Shown here: piece by piece, positions 59,163 to 64,000 of the stretch
Layout of the letters: each line of letters opens with the position of its first letter
Numbering within the stretch: position 1 is the first letter of the stretch
NCBI GenBank assembly: GCA_964057225.1
Contig: OZ059894.1
Location: forward strand, 9,424,001-9,488,000
From: Auanema rhodensis
Taxonomy: Eukaryota; Animalia; Nematoda
Direction: 5' to 3'
DNA length: 64,000 nucleotides
Made by a program: the position numbers and the translations under genes
Notes under the pieces: model-generated
Seen by the model: only the letters and a program-made list of their open reading frames with translations
Database searches by the model: none
What the model was told of the DNA's origin: nothing

Positions 59163-60544
59163 AACTAAAGAAATAACGGCTTAAAATCAAAATATATAGA
59201 TTTATATAATTAACTTTGAATTATGTTTTAAGGTTAATGCTTTATACATATATACATAATGGTCAATTTTAAAATTTATAAAGTACGTGCTACCTCTATA
59301 ATATCCGAAGACAACTTTTTCTATTTGCATGTGTGTCATATATATAAAAAATAAAAGATTTATTATAATAAAACAATATTTCTATATATCTATTTGATAT
59401 ATATCAATGTAAAATGTAACATATTATATAAAAAATAGTTAATAGAAACCATTTTCAATCGCCTGTTATGGTTGAAACAAGTTTTATAACTTCATTTTCA
59501 ATGAAAAGGTTTAATGAACAATTTTCAATGAAAATTTGTCTGAGAGAAAATTATAGAAAAAAAAAACGTTGAAATCAGTGAAAAAACAGAATTCTGCTGA
59601 GCGTCATGGCTATGTTCATCAATCTTTTTGAATTTTTTTTTGGTGGGTGGAGAAGGTGAGATGGGACGAAACAATGAAAATGGAAACATTTTCATTGTTC
59701 CATATGGTGAAGTAACTTAACAGATATTGGAATTTCTTAAAGTTATTTGAAGTAATAAACATCCAATGATTGAGTTATAGAAAAGAAAATGAAGATCTAA
59801 CTAGTCGGATTACAAGATGACTTTGGTAGATTCCGAAACATCATGTTAAAACGGGAAAAAGCTGCCATGTAAACAGGAAAACACGATAATCATCGTTTGT
59901 CTGTTAGCTAGAACGATCCGATAGCCATAGGTCATAGGTATAACCAATTGAAAACAACAATCATGAAAGATTATTGGAAAAAAAGTTGGAAAAGTTGGTC
60001 AAGTTGTAGATATTACATCACACAATTCAAAATATTAAATCAATAATTTGTGATTAAAAGATAAATTGCATCGCTTGGCAAGAAGGCTTTTTCGCCTTTC
60101 GACTGCATATGCATGTCGTTTATGATGTCGAATTCATTTAATCTATTCCTGTTTGGACGATCCGTTATCGCTTTTACTCTTTCCTTGAACATTAGCATCT
60201 CTTTTTCTCTCTTTCCCTCTGTTTATACCTCTTTATTTCCCTTTCTCTCTTCTGTAATCTCTTATTCTAACTAACCTCTACCTCTCTCTATCATCTCACC
60301 AAACTACTCTCACCTCTCTATATATGTCTTGTAATTTCTTTTTTCCCCTTCTATCGTTCTGAAACTCTCTCTCTGTACACTTGTCAATCGTATTTCCCAT
60401 CATACAGCTTAGTTTTCAACAGCCTTCTAGCCTAATCACCGATTGACGATTTCATCTTCTAAGCTTCATAATAGCTTTCTCTTTTGAATTCTTTCATCTC
60501 CGTTCAGAATTTCTGCCTCAAATAGAACACTAACTCCAGATATA

Positions 60545-61356
60545 ATGTTCAATTTACTGATATTTGTCGTCGTTTTCAGTATCATCCCAATATTGGTTAG
60601 TTTCAATCTTTTTGATTCTCATTTTATATCCAAAACAAGATTATGAATCAATGCTTCTGTTATGAGTTTTTCGATTCCATATTGTGTTCTTTTCGAAATA
60701 AAAAAAAGATTTTCAAGTATTTCATGATATAAACTCTGATTTTCTGCTTTTAGCAAGCCGAGAACCGTGTTCCTTCCTTGTCAGATATTTCCAATATCAA
60801 CGATCCTGTTTTGAATGAGGTTAGCATCATCACTAACATCTCCTATCCATTTTCTTTTGATGATTCCTTCAGGTTTTTGCCTCATCTAAATCTAATATTC
60901 CCCGAGAGGATGATGAGCCTATTCCGATGATAGACACTCAACCTACATCCATTCAAACATCACAGCAAACAGTTAGACCAACTGCCAGCACATTCAGATA
61001 TACACATCCTCAAGGTAATCAGATAAGCAAAAACATGACATAAAGATAAAGGCTTACATTTCGCAGGTGAAATCCCTATCACCCGACCAGATTCTCTCGG
61101 ATCATCAATTCCTCCGTCAACACCCGATAGCTTCAGCCAGCTAGTCACAACAGGAGCTAATGTGTTTGCAACTGGAGCAAATGCCTTTTACAGGTATTTC
61201 GTTGCTTAAAGCAAGCGACATTCAAGCAACATCTACGATCTTTGATGTGAGGTTTTCAATTACAGGGGAGCAGCATCAGTAGGACAAGCTATCGGCATCA
61301 ACGATTACAACTATCAGATCCCTCTGGTGAATCAAGCTGCAGCTTTATTTGGCTAA
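60545..61356 (+). CDS. Uncharacterised secreted protein, Pro/Thr/Ser-rich with a Gly/Ala-rich C-terminus
   Basis: Five phase-consistent exons: MFNLLIFVVVFSIIPIL/QAENRVPSL.../VFASSK.../GEIPITRP...GANVFATGANAFYR/GAASVGQAIGINDYNYQIPLVNQAAALFG*. Confidence 0.78.
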
Positions 61357-62661
61357 CTTCTCATCATTTATGATTCTGAAAAATCCCAGACGATGTATTT
61401 CTTGTTTGCAGCATCTTAGCGCTCGTTTTTCAGTTCTCACGTTGATTTCTGTACATAGGAACTCTTAATAAAATCTTTTTATTTCAAGTTAATTATTCGA
61501 AATAGTTGAGAACGACATGAAGAAGACGATACAATATCAGATTTCTCATCACATTTAAGTAATATTATAAGAATTAACACAATAACCAATTCTAGTTAGA
61601 TATAGAGAATCAGCTGGATTCTTATCTGGTACTCAAGATCCACTTCAATCCCTTGGGCCTTATTAGCTATAGTCTTCAATTCTTTAATGAGATTGTTATT
61701 TCCTTTTATTGTCTTTCCACAATATAATATATTCAACGAGTTAATAGGTGAAGAGATGCTTCCCATAAACTTTAATTTTGTTTGGAAAGTAGTGGAGATG
61801 ATTGTCACATGCATGCGTCACATCATATCATCAGAGATAGACATGATTCATGCAATTCATCTATTAGCATCGGCTTTGCAACAAAGTTATGAAGATCTGA
61901 AGCTTTGTCTGATATCCGAAACATGAAACCATTATTGTTTCTCCAAGATTTTTGACTCCGCTCAGGCTACTTGACACATATATCAAGCTTAGGCTTCTTG
62001 AACAAACTTGTATCTTCGTATTCACTGTCTCATCTATCTCTTTTAAAATTTTAAAATAATGATAGGTCGAAGCATTTTGAACCAATTGTAATGCTGTGGC
62101 CCTGATTGACTTGAGTCACATGGCCTATACTAAGGGAAAGGCTCGCTGGGCTGTTGATCACAAGAGAAAATTAAATGTTGCAACACAGAGAGACTCAAAG
62201 AAGAGGATAGTTGCGAACACAAGTTCAATTGAATACGCATGAGGAATGACATTCATCTGATCTTATCATATCCCTCAAATCCTAGCACTGTGTGATTAAA
62301 GTCATCTAATACGCTCGAGGCATTTCCCAAAGACAATAAATCAAGAAATGTAAAGTGCCAGAAGAGTAGTCTGTCTATACTTGCGTATGTATAACGTTCC
62401 TAAACTAAGTTAATAATTTTTAATAATTTTTTCAAAAAAAAATTTAAAAAGTTTGAGGAAATAAATTTTTTTTCACAATATTTTTCAATCTTAAAAATAT
62501 TATTTCAATAATACTCATCAATCAGAATTAGAGAAACTCACGTGTCATATGCCACGCTTATCACGTTCAGTAACTGACGTCATTTCTTGTCGACGAAACA
62601 AGGATGAACGGTTGCTATCTCTTCAAATCTCAAACTATTATCTCATCCCACCTCTTTCCTG

Positions 62662-62699
<38 letters not shown>

Positions 62700-64000
62700 C
62701 TTTATATGTTTTTCATGTTTAACCTATCAGCCATTACATCTTCAGCAAATTATTTTCCTTTATTTCGCATATAGCATCAAACAAGCCCTATAACAAGCAT
62801 CAAACTTGAGTTTTAAAAATAATCGAAAAGGATTTCATGAGCAGATATTTGATTTTGGTTGCCCTAAGTACAAAAACGTGAACAAAGAGAAAAACAAGCA
62901 AAACGGAACGGACATTTAAAACAATCAAAACGTTTTCATCCTTAGCATGTTCTAACCTATGAAATGTGACTGCTGGGGACATATGGCTGTATGACTCTTC
63001 TTAGTAGATGACTCGACTACAGAAGACGCAATGAATAAGAGAAAGAGCAGCTGTTTTCAAAGTTCAAATCACTTTTTTAACATTGAAAAGAGACAATTCT
63101 GGCTTAAGAATGTTGATGAGTTACCTTTGATCAAGATGTTCGGTGAAAACATTACAAGATGTATCATTAATTATTTTCATTTTTTGATCATTTATCCAAA
63201 TTCTGTGCGGGTTTAGTGCACTCTTTTCAGCCAATTTCTTTATTTTTTCACATCTCCTGATGTACTACTTTCATCCACAAACTGATATGTAAGACAAATT
63301 CGTCTTGTTGGAGGAAAATATTCTTAAATCATATGTATAAATATAGATTTACATATCTATAATATCTATAAAATAGATGAAGACATGAATGAAAGACATT
63401 AAATCATTGGTAAAGTCACGAAGAGATAAAGCCAGGCATTTCCCTCCATCACAGACAGCTTAAATGGTCTTAAAGGGGGCCATAGAGGAAGAGATAGATA
63501 GAGAGAGAAAGAGAGAGAGAGAGAAACGTACAAGGAGTGAGAACCATCCATTTTTATGAGGAAGCCATCACCATATTTCTTATATGATCCACCGAAATTC
63601 TCTTTTCTTTGAAGCACTTCTTTCATTTTTAGAAGATTTGAACCCGAAACGTTTACAAACTTGAAAACAATTTTATAGTTCAAACCAAGTTTTATTATTA
63701 TTTTCCAAAAAAATCAAATAAAAAATCAAATAAGAAATGTTTTTTTAGAATCCAAATCCTTCATGAAAACTTTTCAAATAATATTATTATTTCATAAATT
63801 ATTATTAGTCTTTGTTTTATAATCAACACATGTAATCAAGTTTATTACTATTCAAATATAGTATAAACCATACATTTAGATAATTAACTATACTATATAG
63901 TATAGAATATCAAATATTTAGATATTATACATAGATAGTTATCTGACATCATCTATCAATCTTGAATAATAGATTATGAAAGTGAAATTTAGAATTCAAA

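Noticed and set aside
61596-62085. Two consecutive minus-strand ORFs, possibly a decayed element
   Set aside because: No recognisable domain, terminal repeats or splice pattern.
63399-63683. Minus-strand ORF near the right edge
   Set aside because: Runs through a CT microsatellite; no supportable model.

Overview
AT-rich eukaryotic genomic DNA from a rhabditid (clade V-like) nematode: compact multi-exon genes, mostly 40-60 nt GT-AG introns with TTTCAG-type acceptors. All gene models were spliced by hand. In order: 5' part of smk-1/PP4R3 (-), vps-60/CHMP5 (+), peroxisomal hydroxyacid oxidase (-), cathepsin F (-) whose introns hold a tRNA-Ala(CGC) and at least one nested antisense gene, a Cys-rich secreted protein (-), atg-18 (-), three tandem cystatins (+), mitochondrial EF-Ts (+), a small orphan gene, a CPG4-like/mucin-like surface protein (+), a serpentine chemoreceptor (-), a MIG-18-like secreted protein (-), eea-1 (-), three tandem cationic secreted-peptide genes (+) and one more secreted protein (+). 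Four observations stand out. (1) Two strongly diverged cystatin genes each carry, in the same intron, a nearly identical antisense two-exon gene for a 109-aa single-TM protein; the middle cystatin lacks it. (2) A tandem trio of Cys-free His/Lys/Arg-rich secreted peptides looks like a candidate antimicrobial-peptide locus. (3) A Tyr-rich amidated peptide gene is nested in cathepsin F. (4) Clusters of ACGT-core motifs (often ACGTGAA) recur in intergenic DNA.
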